A DNA stretch of 64,000 bases from Caulobacterales bacterium (GTDB lineage: Bacteria; Pseudomonadota; Alphaproteobacteria; Caulobacterales; Aquidulcibacteraceae), in assembly GCA_035549875.1 (NCBI GenBank), contig DASZPV010000145.1, positions 270 to 64,269 on the forward strand. The letters run 5' to 3'. Both the position numbers and the translations under genes were made by a program. The notes under the pieces were generated by a model. It made no database searches, was not told the origin of the DNA, and was given only the letters and a program-made list of their open reading frames with translations. Of the stretch, positions 17,811 to 27,819 are shown piece by piece. Every line of letters starts with the position of its first letter. Positions within the stretch are counted from its first letter, which is position 1.

Positions 17811-19832
17811 ATGAAGCCTCGCCACCTGCTTTGCCTCGCCGCGCTGGCGCTGGCCGCCTGCGCCCCGCAAGCCGCGCCCGAACCGAAAATCAAGCCCTGG
17901 GGCTTCGACCTTGAAGGCCGCGACATGACGGTCAAACCCGGCGATGATTTTTTCAAATATGCCGGCGGCGTCTGGATGCAGAAAAACCAGATCCCGGACG
18001 ACCGCACCCGCTGGGGCGTGTTCGATCAATTACGCGCCGCAGCGGAAGAAGACGTCCGCGCCATCGCCGAAGCGGCGGCGAAGAAAAACATGGCCCCCGG
18101 GACGAACGAGCAAAAGATCGGCGATTTCTACAACGCGTTCATGGATGTCGATGCGATCGAAAAACAAGGCATGGCGCCGGCCAAGGCCGGTCTCGACAAG
18201 ATCGCCGCCGCAAAGACGCACGAAGACATCGCCGCGATCATTCATTCGCCGAACATGAGCAGCGACGGACCGATCGGACTCTACATCTCTATCGATGCGA
18301 AAAATCCCGATCGCTACATCGTCAACGTCACGCAAGCCGGCCTCAGCCTCCCTGACCGCGAATATTATGTGAACAAGCAATTTGCCGAAATCGTCCGGCA
18401 ATTCCGCGATCACGTCGAACGCATGTTGACGCTGACGGGCGACAAGAACGCCAAGGCCAATGCGCACACAATCGTGGCGCTTGAAACGGCGATGGCGCAG
18501 AAGCACTGGGAAATCGCCAAGCGCCGCGACGTCGAAGCCACCTACAATCTGATGAGCGTCGCCGCCCTGAAAAAGCGCGCGCCGGACTATCCGTGGGATG
18601 CGGCGCTCACGGCTGCAAAGCTCACTGGCCAGACCGAGGTGAACGTCAACGAGTTGAGCGCAATACCGCCGCTGGCGAGCTTGTTCCGCAAAACGCCCGT
18701 CGCGACCTGGCGGACGTATCTCACCTACCACTATCTCAACGCAAATTCCTCGGTGCTGCCGAAGGCGTTCGACGATGAATCCTTCGCCTTCTACGGCAAA
18801 ACGCTAAACGGCCAGCCCAAACAGCGCGACCGCTGGAAGCGCGCGGTCGCGGCGTTGAACACCGCGCTCGGCGAGGCGGTCGGCCCGGTCTATGTCGAAA
18901 AGCATTTCCCGCCCGAAGCCAAGGCGAAGATGGATGCGCTGGTCGAAAATCTGCGCAAGGGCTACGCGGCGCACATCAAGACGCTGCCGTGGATGACGGA
19001 AGATACGAAGAAGGTGGCGCTCGAAAAGCTCGCCGCGTTCCGCCCGAAAATCGGCTACCCCTCGAAATGGCGTTCCTATCAGGGCCTGGACATAAAGCCG
19101 GGAGAGGCCTTCGCCAACCACGAACGCAGCGCCGCGTTCGAGTGGCAATACGATCTGGACAAGCTCGGCAAGCCATCGGACCGCGAAGTCTGGCAGATGA
19201 CGCCACAGACGGTGAACGCCTATTACGAAGCCACGTTCAACGAGATCGTGTTTCCCGCGGCGATCCTGCAGCCGCCGTTTTTTGACGCCAACGCCGATCC
19301 GGCCGTGAACTATGGCGGCATCGGCGGCGTTATCGGTCATGAAATGGGTCATGGCTTCGACGATCAGGGCGCCAAATCGGACGCCAAGGGCATTCTTCGC
19401 ACCTGGTGGAAGAAGCAAGACGAAGACGCGTTCAAGAAACTGACCGGCGGGCTTGCCGATCAGTATAGCGCGTTCGCGCCCCTCCCCGGTCTCAACATCA
19501 ACGGACGCCTTACGCTCGGCGAAAACATCGGCGATCTCGGCGGGCTGACGATGGCGCGCGAGGCGTATCTGATCTCTCTGGGCGGCGCGGCGCCGCCCAC
19601 CATCGACGGCGTCACCGCCGATCAGCGCTTCTTCTATGGCTGGGCGCAGGTGTGGCGTTCGCTGATCCGCGATCCGGCTCTTCGCAATCAGATCCTGTCC
19701 GATCCGCACAGCCCAGCCGAGTATCGCGTCAACGGCGTCGTGCGGAATATCGACGCCTGGTACGACGCTTTTGGCGTAAAGCAAGGCGACAAATTATATC
19801 TGCCGCCAGAAAAACGGGTGAAAATCTGGTGA
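17811..19832 (+). CDS. M13 family zinc metallopeptidase (PepO / endothelin-converting-enzyme-like) lipoprotein
   Basis: Lipobox LALAAC, zincin motif VIGHEMGHGFDD, downstream GENIGDLGG. Confidence 0.9.
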   Translation: MKPRHLLCLAALALAACAPQAAPEPKIKPWGFDLEGRDMTVKPGDDFFKYAGGVWMQKNQIPDDRTRWGVFDQLRAAAEEDVRAIAEAAAKKNMAPGTNEQKIGDFYNAFMDVDAIEKQGMAPAKAGLDKIAAAKTHEDIAAIIHSPNMSSDGPIGLYISIDAKNPDRYIVNVTQAGLSLPDREYYVNKQFAEIVRQFRDHVERMLTLTGDKNAKANAHTIVALETAMAQKHWEIAKRRDVEATYNLMSVAALKKRAPDYPWDAALTAAKLTGQTEVNVNELSAIPPLASLFRKTPVATWRTYLTYHYLNANSSVLPKAFDDESFAFYGKTLNGQPKQRDRWKRAVAALNTALGEAVGPVYVEKHFPPEAKAKMDALVENLRKGYAAHIKTLPWMTEDTKKVALEKLAAFRPKIGYPSKWRSYQGLDIKPGEAFANHERSAAFEWQYDLDKLGKPSDREVWQMTPQTVNAYYEATFNEIVFPAAILQPPFFDANADPAVNYGGIGGVIGHEMGHGFDDQGAKSDAKGILRTWWKKQDEDAFKKLTGGLADQYSAFAPLPGLNINGRLTLGENIGDLGGLTMAREAYLISLGGAAPPTIDGVTADQRFFYGWAQVWRSLIRDPALRNQILSDPHSPAEYRVNGVVRNIDAWYDAFGVKQGDKLYLPPEKRVKIW

Positions 19833-21886
19833 CCCTGAAAGCATTTGCCTCCGCCGCGCTATGCGCGCTCGCGCTCGCGGCGTGCAATCAGCCGGCGACT
19901 AACGCGGAATCCTCGGCGCCGCCGAAAGCCAAGTTCGGAACGTGGGGCTATGATCCCACGCTCGGCGACGTTTCCGTCAAGCCGGGCGATGACTTCTTCC
20001 GCCACGCGCTCGGCGCCTGGCTGAAGACGGCGCAAATCCCGCCGGACCGCACCTTCACGGGCGTCGATCTTAAACTGATCGAACAGGCCGAAACCGATGC
20101 GCGCCAGATCATACAGGAAGCCGGCGCCGCCACGCCGGCGGACGGCACGAACGCCCAGAAGATCGGCGATTTCTATGCCGCCTACATGGATGAGGCCGGC
20201 ATCGAGAAAAAAGGCGTCGATCCGATCCGCCCCGATCTATCAGCGATCGACGAGGCCGATACAAAAGCTGCGCTCGCGCCGATCATGGGCAAGATGCTGC
20301 GCACCAATACGACCATGCCGTTCCAGGGCTATGTCGATATCGATCCGAAAGACCCCACCCGCTACATTTTCACGTTCGTTCAATCGGGCCTGTCGTTCGG
20401 CGAGCGCGATTATTACCTCAAAACCACGCCCGATATCGTGGCGTTGCGCAAAACCTTCGTCGATCACGCCGCGCACATGCTGACGCTGGCCGGCTATGCC
20501 GACGGCAAGCCGCAGGCCGAAAAGATTTTGGCCCTCGAAACCAAAATGGCGCAAATACACTGGACGCCGGAAAAGGCGCGCGAGCGCGAACTGACCACCA
20601 ATATCCGCACGCGTGAGCAAGTGATTGATCTCGCGGCCGGCGCGCCGATCTTGGAAATGCTCGATATAGCCTCGCTATCCGAGCAGGCCGATTTCATCGT
20701 TTCCCAGCCGGACGTGCTGACCAAGATCTCCGCGCTGTTCGCCTCCGCGCCGCTCGACGATTGGAAGGCGTATCTGCGCTATCAGACGCTGGTGAACTAC
20801 GCCCCGTTCCTGCCCAAGGCTTTCGATGAAGAGCGCTTTGCGTTTTATGATAAGGCCCTGCGCGGCGCCAAGCAGCCGAAAGAACGCTGGCGGCGCGGCG
20901 TAGATTACGTCAATGGCGCGCTCGGCGAGGCCGTCGGCCAGATATACGTGCAGAAGACCTTTCCGCCCGCGTCCAAGGCCGCGGTGCTGGCGCTGGTCGA
21001 AAATTTGCGCGCCTCGCTGAAGGCCAAAATCGAGAACGCCAAATGGATGAGCCCATCCACACGCACCGAAGCGCTCATCAAGCTGGGCACGTTCCTGCCG
21101 AAAATCGGCTATCCCGATAAGTGGAAGGATTATTCCACGCTGACCGTCACGCGCGGCGATCTCATCGCAGACGCCAAGAGCGGCGAGGAATGGGCCTGGA
21201 ACGATCAGGTGAAAAAACTCGGCGGCGCGATTGATCGCGGCGAGTGGCTGATGACGCCGCAGACGGTGAACGCCTATTACCGCCCCGAAACCAATGAAGT
21301 GACATTTCCCGCCGCGATCCTGCAGGCGCCCTATTACGATCCGGCCGCTGATGCGGCGGTCAATTTCGGCGCGATCGGCGCCGTGATCGGCCACGAAATG
21401 AGCCACGGCTTCGACGATCAAGGCCGCAAGAGCGATTCCACCGGCAAATTGCGCGATTGGTGGACCAAGGCCGACGCCGCCCGCTACGACAAGGAAGCGG
21501 CCAAAGTGGTGGCGCAGTTCTCCAAATACGAGCCGCTTCCCGGCCTGCACATCAACGGCAAACACACGCTCGGCGAAAACATCGCCGACCTTGCGGGGCT
21601 TTCCATCGCTTATGACGCCTACAAACTATCGCTCGGCGGCAAGGAAGCGCCCGTTATCGATGGCGTCACGGGCGACCAGCGCTTCTTTCTCGCTTACGCG
21701 CAATCCTGGGAAACGCTCTACAGCGCCGAGCGCCTGCGCGACATCACGCTGACCAACGAGCACAGCCCGGCGGAATTCCGCGTCAACGGCATCGTGCGCA
21801 ATTTCGATCCATGGTACGCCGCGTTCGATGTGCGCAAGGGCGACAAGCTCTACCTGCCGCCGGCGCAGCGCGCACGGCTCTGGTGA
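19829..21886 (+). CDS. M13 family zinc metallopeptidase, diverged tandem paralog
   Basis: GTG at 19829 overlaps the upstream stop (GTGA). Lipobox LALAAC, VIGHEMSHGFDD, GENIADLAG. Confidence 0.9.
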   Translation: MTLKAFASAALCALALAACNQPATNAESSAPPKAKFGTWGYDPTLGDVSVKPGDDFFRHALGAWLKTAQIPPDRTFTGVDLKLIEQAETDARQIIQEAGAATPADGTNAQKIGDFYAAYMDEAGIEKKGVDPIRPDLSAIDEADTKAALAPIMGKMLRTNTTMPFQGYVDIDPKDPTRYIFTFVQSGLSFGERDYYLKTTPDIVALRKTFVDHAAHMLTLAGYADGKPQAEKILALETKMAQIHWTPEKARERELTTNIRTREQVIDLAAGAPILEMLDIASLSEQADFIVSQPDVLTKISALFASAPLDDWKAYLRYQTLVNYAPFLPKAFDEERFAFYDKALRGAKQPKERWRRGVDYVNGALGEAVGQIYVQKTFPPASKAAVLALVENLRASLKAKIENAKWMSPSTRTEALIKLGTFLPKIGYPDKWKDYSTLTVTRGDLIADAKSGEEWAWNDQVKKLGGAIDRGEWLMTPQTVNAYYRPETNEVTFPAAILQAPYYDPAADAAVNFGAIGAVIGHEMSHGFDDQGRKSDSTGKLRDWWTKADAARYDKEAAKVVAQFSKYEPLPGLHINGKHTLGENIADLAGLSIAYDAYKLSLGGKEAPVIDGVTGDQRFFLAYAQSWETLYSAERLRDITLTNEHSPAEFRVNGIVRNFDPWYAAFDVRKGDKLYLPPAQRARLW

Positions 21887-22524
21887 AGCTCTACAGCTTT
21901 TGGCGCAGCAGCGCGGCCTATCGCGCGCGGATCGGACTCGCGCTGAAGGGGCTAGCTTACGATTACGCGCCGGTAAATCTGCGCGCTGGCGAGCAGAACG
22001 CGCCCGCCTATCGCGCGATCCAGCCGCAGGGCCTTGTGCCGGCGCTGGAAGCCGATGGCGACGTATTCCCGCAGAGTCTGGCGATCCTGGAATGGCTGGA
22101 TGAAACCCATCCGGCGCCGCCCTTCCTGCCGAAACGCGCGGCCGACAGGGCGATGGTGCGCGCAATGGCCTACGCCGTGGCCTGCGACATCCACCCGCTG
22201 AACAATCTGCGTGTCCTGAAATATCTTCGCACGACGCTTCACGCCGACAAACCCGCTGTCGCGGCGTATCAGGCCCATTGGATCGGCGCAGGATTCGAAG
22301 CGCTCGAGCGCATGGTGGAAACCCATGGCGGCGGCTATTGCTTCGGCGACGCGCCGACGCTGGCCGACATCTGCCTCGTCCCGCAGATCGCCAACGCTGC
22401 TTGGCTAAGCCTGGACATGCGCCCCTATCCGCGTCTCGCCGCGATCAATGCGCGCGCCAGGGCGCATCCCGCGTTCGAGGCCGCGGCCCCGGAAAACCAG
22501 CCCGACGTCCCGGAAGACGGCTAG
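21883..22524 (+). CDS. maiA: maleylacetoacetate isomerase / zeta-class glutathione S-transferase
   Basis: KLYSFWRSSAAYRARIGLALKG and PQGLVPAL motifs typical of GST-zeta. GTG at 21883 overlaps the upstream stop. Confidence 0.8.
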   Translation: MKLYSFWRSSAAYRARIGLALKGLAYDYAPVNLRAGEQNAPAYRAIQPQGLVPALEADGDVFPQSLAILEWLDETHPAPPFLPKRAADRAMVRAMAYAVACDIHPLNNLRVLKYLRTTLHADKPAVAAYQAHWIGAGFEALERMVETHGGGYCFGDAPTLADICLVPQIANAAWLSLDMRPYPRLAAINARARAHPAFEAAAPENQPDVPEDG

Positions 22525-23201
22525 AGTTGGTAGGGAAGCCACCGCGGTTTTGAAATGTGGGCGCCCGCTGCGCGCATAGCCACCGCGCCAACGAAACCCG
22601 GCGCCGGCTCGGCATGCCACAGCCGCCATGCCGCCGGGTCTTCGCCTTCAAACCGCAACACACGCGGACAATCGCGCGAAAGGGGATCGACATCAAAACT
22701 GTCCAGGGGCCTCGCGAGCCCGTCGCCGAGGGCCTTGAGCACCGCCTCTTTCCTTGTCCAGCACTGATAGAAGGCGCGCGTGCGCTCAGCCTCAGGCGTC
22801 GCCGCCAGGGTCTTTCGTTCCTGCGGTGAGAAAAACCGTTCGACGCCGCCGCTGTCGAACGGGCGCAGCGCTTCCAGGTCCACGCCGACCTCGCCCGCCG
22901 CGGTCACGGCGAGAAAAGCGACATCCTCGCAATGGCTAAGGTTGAAATGCAGATCTGTTTCATCGGCCAGCGCCGGCTTTCCGTGTGGTCCCTCCGCAAG
23001 ACAAATGTCGGCGGCCGATACGCCGCGATACGTGGCAAGCACGCGCCGGAGACCAGACCGCGCCGCAACGTAACGCGCGCCATGGACTGGAAACGCGAAC
23101 CGCGAAGCCCGGGCCCGTTCCGGCTTAGAAAGAACCGCCAGCGCGCCCGGATCGGGGTCAAGCCGCCAGGTCCAAAGGTCAATCGCGTCACGCGCCGTCA
23201 T
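22521..23201 (-). CDS. Sfp/EntD-type 4'-phosphopantetheinyl transferase
   Basis: GKP...FNLSHCED, GVDLE and WTRKEAVLKALG motifs. Confidence 0.85.
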   Translation of the reverse strand: MTARDAIDLWTWRLDPDPGALAVLSKPERARASRFAFPVHGARYVAARSGLRRVLATYRGVSAADICLAEGPHGKPALADETDLHFNLSHCEDVAFLAVTAAGEVGVDLEALRPFDSGGVERFFSPQERKTLAATPEAERTRAFYQCWTRKEAVLKALGDGLARPLDSFDVDPLSRDCPRVLRFEGEDPAAWRLWHAEPAPGFVGAVAMRAAGAHISKPRWLPYQL

Positions 23202-23275
23202 CGCGTGCGTCTCTGTTGCGATCGGTGAACCATGATTGCATTCTACTCTTGCGCGGAACTCTTAGAGAGAGCGGT

Positions 23276-24028
23276 GTGACTATTTTAGCTGCAACAGATC
23301 GGGCGGCGGCGCTGGTCGAAAACGAGCGGGGCGCTTCGGCCATCCTGCTGCTGGGCGATCACGCCGGGCGGGCGATACCGGCCGCGCTTGACGATCTGGG
23401 CGTCAGCGCGCCGGACCTTGAGCGCCATATCGCATGGGACATCGGCGTCGCCGGCCTCGGCGCGGCGCTTTCGCGCACGCTCGACGCGACGTTTATTCAT
23501 CAGCGTTATTCCCGGCTTGTCATCGATTGCAATCGCGCCCTTTCCTCTCGTGGTTCAATCGTGGAAATCAGCGATGGCGTGGCGATCCCCGGCAATAGCG
23601 GCTTAACCTTGGCTGATCGCCGGGCGCGGATCGCGAACATTTACCTACCCTATCACGACCGCATCGCCTCCGAACTGACGGAGCGCAAAGCGCGCGGCGC
23701 GCGCACCATTCTTGTCTCGCTGCACAGCTTCACGCCGGTTATGGACGGCGAGGCGCGCCCCTGGCGGCTCGGCGTTCTGCATCGTAACGATTCACAATTC
23801 TCGCTGAAGGTGCTCGGCGCGCTTCGGCAAGAGCTTGGCGACGAGGTGGGAGACAACGAGCCCTACGCCATGGACGGCATTGACTACACGATACCGTTTC
23901 ACGCCGACGCCCACGGCCTCGAATACGTTGAAGTGGAGGTTCGGCAGGATTTGATTGCAAGTGCTGAGGGCGAGCAAACGATCGGCGCGCTGCTTGCGCG
24001 CGTGCTGGCCCAGGCCATGCCGGTTTGA
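23276..24028 (+). CDS. N-formylglutamate amidohydrolase family protein
   Basis: LLLGDHAG, RLVIDCNR and LVSLHSFTP motifs. GTG at 23276 preceded by a gagagag SD-like run. Confidence 0.75.
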   Translation: MTILAATDRAAALVENERGASAILLLGDHAGRAIPAALDDLGVSAPDLERHIAWDIGVAGLGAALSRTLDATFIHQRYSRLVIDCNRALSSRGSIVEISDGVAIPGNSGLTLADRRARIANIYLPYHDRIASELTERKARGARTILVSLHSFTPVMDGEARPWRLGVLHRNDSQFSLKVLGALRQELGDEVGDNEPYAMDGIDYTIPFHADAHGLEYVEVEVRQDLIASAEGEQTIGALLARVLAQAMPV

Positions 24029-24033
24029 CGTCC

Positions 24034-25218
24034 CTAAGTCGGGCGCCAACCCACCAGGCCGATCAAGGCGCTAAAACCGGCGACATAGGCGAGCGGGATC
24101 CACCATGCAGCGCGCAGCCACGCCAGCGCTGACTTGGCCTCCGGAAAAATGTTCGAGACCGCCACGCCGGCTGAGGACCCGAACCAGATCATCGAGCCGC
24201 CGAATCCGACCGCATAGGCAAGCACGCCCCAATCGTAACCGCCCTGCTTGAGCGCCAGGGCGGTCAGCGGAATGTTGTCGAAAATCGCCGACACGAAGCC
24301 AAGCCCCAGGGTCAGCGCGGCCGAGGCCGGCGGCAGCGCTTCAACCGGCATCAGGGAAGCGGCCAGCACAAGCGCAAGCAGGAAGGCGGCGCCCTTTACC
24401 GCCTCCGGCAGCACCGACCAATCCGGACGGCGCACCAGGCATGCGCATAATAGCGCAAACCAGAGCGCCAAGCCGATGACCGGCGCCGTATGCGCCAGGT
24501 TCGGCGCGAAAAGATTGGCCGCGACGTTCGCGCCGACCGCGCACACAAGCATAGCGATCACAATCGCGACCCGCGCCCAATCGACGGCAATGCCGCCCGG
24601 CTCGTGCTTCACGATCGGCGCAAATCGCTGCTGCGCGAAGGATGCCGGGACCGCGAAGACCGCGAACGCGGCGAACGAGCCGACGTAAGCGTGGAGCACG
24701 TCAAGCGGGCTCTTCCCCGCGATCCAGATCATCGTGGTCGTGGTGTCGCCAACCACGCTGCCGGCGCCGCCGGCATTGGACGCCGCGACAATCGCCGCGA
24801 GAAAGGCGATGTGAACCTTTCGTTGGTAGACATGAGCCGCCACAGTCGCGCCGATGAGCGCGCCGGCGATATTGTCAAGCAACGCCGACAAGACAAATAT
24901 CAACGCCAGCAGCGCCAGGCCGCCCTTCCAACCGCCCGGCAGGATGTCTGGCGCCAGATCGGGAAGATTGCTTTGCTCGAAATGCCGGGAGAGCAGCGCA
25001 AATCCGATAAGCAAGAGTCCGAGATTGCTCAACTCCACCCAATGGTGCGCCAGATGAAGGCCCAGGCCGCCAAACCCCGCGCCGCCGGAGAATCCCGCGA
25101 ACACGAGCTTGTAGAGCAAAATGACGGCCAATCCGGCGATGGCGACCGTCAGCGTGCGGTGGTGAAACACCGCCACGCCTGCAAGCGTGAAGCCGAACAG
25201 CGCGAACTCTACGGGCAA
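24034..25218 (-). CDS. ArsB/NhaD-superfamily permease (citrate-transporter/NhaD-like)
   Basis: 394 aa, about 10-11 TM helices, LDNIA and GDTTTTM motifs. Last gene of a minus-strand operon. Confidence 0.7.
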   Translation of the reverse strand: MPVEFALFGFTLAGVAVFHHRTLTVAIAGLAVILLYKLVFAGFSGGAGFGGLGLHLAHHWVELSNLGLLLIGFALLSRHFEQSNLPDLAPDILPGGWKGGLALLALIFVLSALLDNIAGALIGATVAAHVYQRKVHIAFLAAIVAASNAGGAGSVVGDTTTTMIWIAGKSPLDVLHAYVGSFAAFAVFAVPASFAQQRFAPIVKHEPGGIAVDWARVAIVIAMLVCAVGANVAANLFAPNLAHTAPVIGLALWFALLCACLVRRPDWSVLPEAVKGAAFLLALVLAASLMPVEALPPASAALTLGLGFVSAIFDNIPLTALALKQGGYDWGVLAYAVGFGGSMIWFGSSAGVAVSNIFPEAKSALAWLRAAWWIPLAYVAGFSALIGLVGWRPT

Positions 25219-25251
25219 CTTTCAATCTCCCCGCCGGTCCGCCGCGCCCGG

Positions 25252-27300
25252 TCAGACGATCAGGGCGTCCAGCGCCAGAACGCCGTCCGGATAGGCCCGC
25301 AGCGGATTGATTTCGATCTCCTTGACGCCGGGCTGGGCGTCGAGCACCGCGGCCAGGCGCACGATCGCGTCCGCCAGCGCCTCGCGATCGACCTTCGGCG
25401 CGCCGCGCCAGCCATCGAGCAGCGCCGACGCGCGCAATTCGCTCAGCATCTCCTCGGCCTCGGCTTTGGTGATCGGCGCGAGGCGTGTGGACGTATCCTT
25501 GATCGCTTCGGCGATCGTGCCGCCGATGCCCACCATGATGGTCGGACCGAAACTGGCGTCGCGCACCGAGCCGACGATGAGTTCGACGCCCGCCGGCGCC
25601 ATGGCTTCGATCAGATAGCGGCGCGCGCCTTTCAGCGGAATTTTATCCAGCGCGTCGAGCGCGGCGGTGAATGCGGCTTCGTCCGCGAGCTTGAGATGCA
25701 CGCCGCCCGCCTCGGTTTTGTGCGCGATCTCGCTGGTCAAAATTTTAGCAACCAGCGGCTTGGGAAGCTTGCGAAACGCATCCATTGCTTCGGCGCGCGT
25801 CGAACATGCGGCGCGCTGCGGCGTGGCGATTCCCAGCCCATCGAGCACTGATTTCGATGCGTCTTCGTCAAGCCCGCCCACGGCCTTGGGGGCCGCGCCG
25901 ACGTTCACTCTATCTGCCGGCTGCGCCAGTCTCCATTGCATCTGCGAGTCCTGCGCCAACACGACGGCGGCCTTGGCCAAACGCTCAGGATTTTCCGCGA
26001 CGAAGAAGCCCTGGGCTCTTAACGCCGTTATCGTCGGCCCAACGCCGGCCTCCGAACCGCTTGTGCCGAATATGATCGGTTTGCCCGTCGTCCTGCGGGC
26101 GGCGGGAATGAGGTCGAGCGGGTCAAGCGTCGGCTCGCTCAGCGCGAACACGATAATGGAATCGATCACCGGGTCGGCGCCGATGGCGGCGAGCACGTCG
26201 GGAAATGTCGGCCCAGGACGGGCCGTATCGACCGGATTTTTCATGTACGTCATCGGCGGCAGCAATTCGGACAGACGCTTGGCTGTCGCCTCGCCGAGCG
26301 TAGGCACGGCGATGGCGCCGCCCTTCAGCACGTCGAGCATGATCACGCCGGCGCCGCCCTGCCCGGTCAGCACGCCAATGCCCGGCGTCTGCTTGGCCGG
26401 CAGACGCTCCAGCGACAGCAGCGCGGCGGCGGCGGCAAGTTCTTCCGTCGTATCGACGGTCACTGCACCGGCCTGGCGCAGCGCATTCACCTTGAGATCG
26501 TACGAGCCAACCAGATTGCCGGTGTGCGATTGCGCAAATTCGGCGACGTCCTCGCGGCCGACAACGAGCGCCACGACGGGCTTTTTCGGCGTCACGCGCT
26601 TCAGCGTATCGTGCAGGCGCCGGCCGGTGGGAATGCCCTCGATGTGGATCGCGATCGCGCTCGTGCCTTCGTCCTCGGCGAGAAATTCCAGCACGTCCGA
26701 AATATCGGTGTCGATCGAATTGCCGACGCCGATCGCCGCCGAGACGCCCAGGCCAAGCTTGTGAATGGCGAACGTAACGACGAAATTGATCCCGCTGCTC
26801 TGCGACACGACGGCGACGCGGCCGGGCTTGATGTCGTCCCGGCCGGCGGCGAATGTAGCCATCAGATCGAGGCTCATGTTAACGAAGCCGGCGGTGTTTG
26901 GCCCAAGCAGGCGAAATCCCGAAGACTGGCACAATTTCAGGATCTGATCCTGAATCGCCGCGCCCTCCGGGCCCGACTCCGCGAATCCGCCGCTGACGAT
27001 CAATCCGCCGCCGCAGCCGCAGGCGATCGCCTCGCGCACCGCTTCCACGCACGCCGCCGCGGGAATGGCGAAAATGACAAGGTCCGCCGGTTGCCCGATC
27101 GCGCTCAGCGAAGGATAGGCCTTGCGCCCGAGAATCTCATCGGCCTTCGGGTTGACCGGATAGACCGCGCCGCGAAACCGTTTGAGTCCATCGACAGCCG
27201 CATAGCCGGCCTTGTCCGGCGCGTTGCTGGCGCCAACGATGGCGACCGATTTCGGCGCAAGCAAGCGTTTCAGATTGGCGAGACGGATTTTCTCTTCCAT
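25252..27300 (-). CDS. ADP-forming (NDP-forming) acyl-CoA synthetase, fused CoA-binding/ligase and ATP-grasp domains
   Basis: 682 aa. N-terminal SVAIVGAS...VYPVNPK CoA-binding region, succinyl-CoA-synthetase-like middle, C-terminal ATP-grasp. Confidence 0.85.
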   Translation of the reverse strand: MEEKIRLANLKRLLAPKSVAIVGASNAPDKAGYAAVDGLKRFRGAVYPVNPKADEILGRKAYPSLSAIGQPADLVIFAIPAAACVEAVREAIACGCGGGLIVSGGFAESGPEGAAIQDQILKLCQSSGFRLLGPNTAGFVNMSLDLMATFAAGRDDIKPGRVAVVSQSSGINFVVTFAIHKLGLGVSAAIGVGNSIDTDISDVLEFLAEDEGTSAIAIHIEGIPTGRRLHDTLKRVTPKKPVVALVVGREDVAEFAQSHTGNLVGSYDLKVNALRQAGAVTVDTTEELAAAAALLSLERLPAKQTPGIGVLTGQGGAGVIMLDVLKGGAIAVPTLGEATAKRLSELLPPMTYMKNPVDTARPGPTFPDVLAAIGADPVIDSIIVFALSEPTLDPLDLIPAARRTTGKPIIFGTSGSEAGVGPTITALRAQGFFVAENPERLAKAAVVLAQDSQMQWRLAQPADRVNVGAAPKAVGGLDEDASKSVLDGLGIATPQRAACSTRAEAMDAFRKLPKPLVAKILTSEIAHKTEAGGVHLKLADEAAFTAALDALDKIPLKGARRYLIEAMAPAGVELIVGSVRDASFGPTIMVGIGGTIAEAIKDTSTRLAPITKAEAEEMLSELRASALLDGWRGAPKVDREALADAIVRLAAVLDAQPGVKEIEINPLRAYPDGVLALDALIV

Positions 27301-27326
27301 GGCGACCTCAAAGTTTTCCGGAATTC

Positions 27327-27815
27327 CTATCGCAAGTTCGTGGGCATTATTTCGTCCTGCCCGTGAAAGCGCGCCAGTGCGGCCATAAGCGCCTTCAATT
27401 CCCTCTCAGAGAACATCGATGCAAATTGCGCCTCGTGCTCGGCGAGAATGCGCTCGGCGTTTGCTAAGAGAGCCTTGCCGGCGGCGGTGAGGTGTAATTC
27501 CTGGCGGCGCCGGTCGTTGTTTGAGCGGCGCCGCTCGACCAGTTCGCGCTGGTCCAGCCGATCGACCAGCGCCATCATCGTCGCCCGGTCCGTGCCAAGA
27601 ATAACGGCGATGTCGGCCTGCGAAGCGCCGGGGTTGGCGTGTATCAAATGCAGCGCCGCGTATTGCTTCTCCGTCAGCGCGACCTCGGCCATGGCGGCGG
27701 CGAACTCCCGATGCATGGCGACCTGCGCCATGCGCAACTGGAATCCGATCAGATTTTGCAATCCGGCCAGATCCAGCGGCAGCGTCGGCGCGATCGGAAG
27801 GGATAAATCCGCCAT
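27327..27815 (-). CDS. MarR family transcriptional regulator
   Basis: ATG at 27815, 162 aa, winged HTH (QADIAVILGTDRATMMALVDRLDQRELVERRRSNNDRR). It sits between the fadB-like and acyl-CoA synthetase genes. Confidence 0.9.
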   Translation of the reverse strand: MADLSLPIAPTLPLDLAGLQNLIGFQLRMAQVAMHREFAAAMAEVALTEKQYAALHLIHANPGASQADIAVILGTDRATMMALVDRLDQRELVERRRSNNDRRRQELHLTAAGKALLANAERILAEHEAQFASMFSERELKALMAALARFHGQDEIMPTNLR

Positions 27816-27819
27816 GCCC

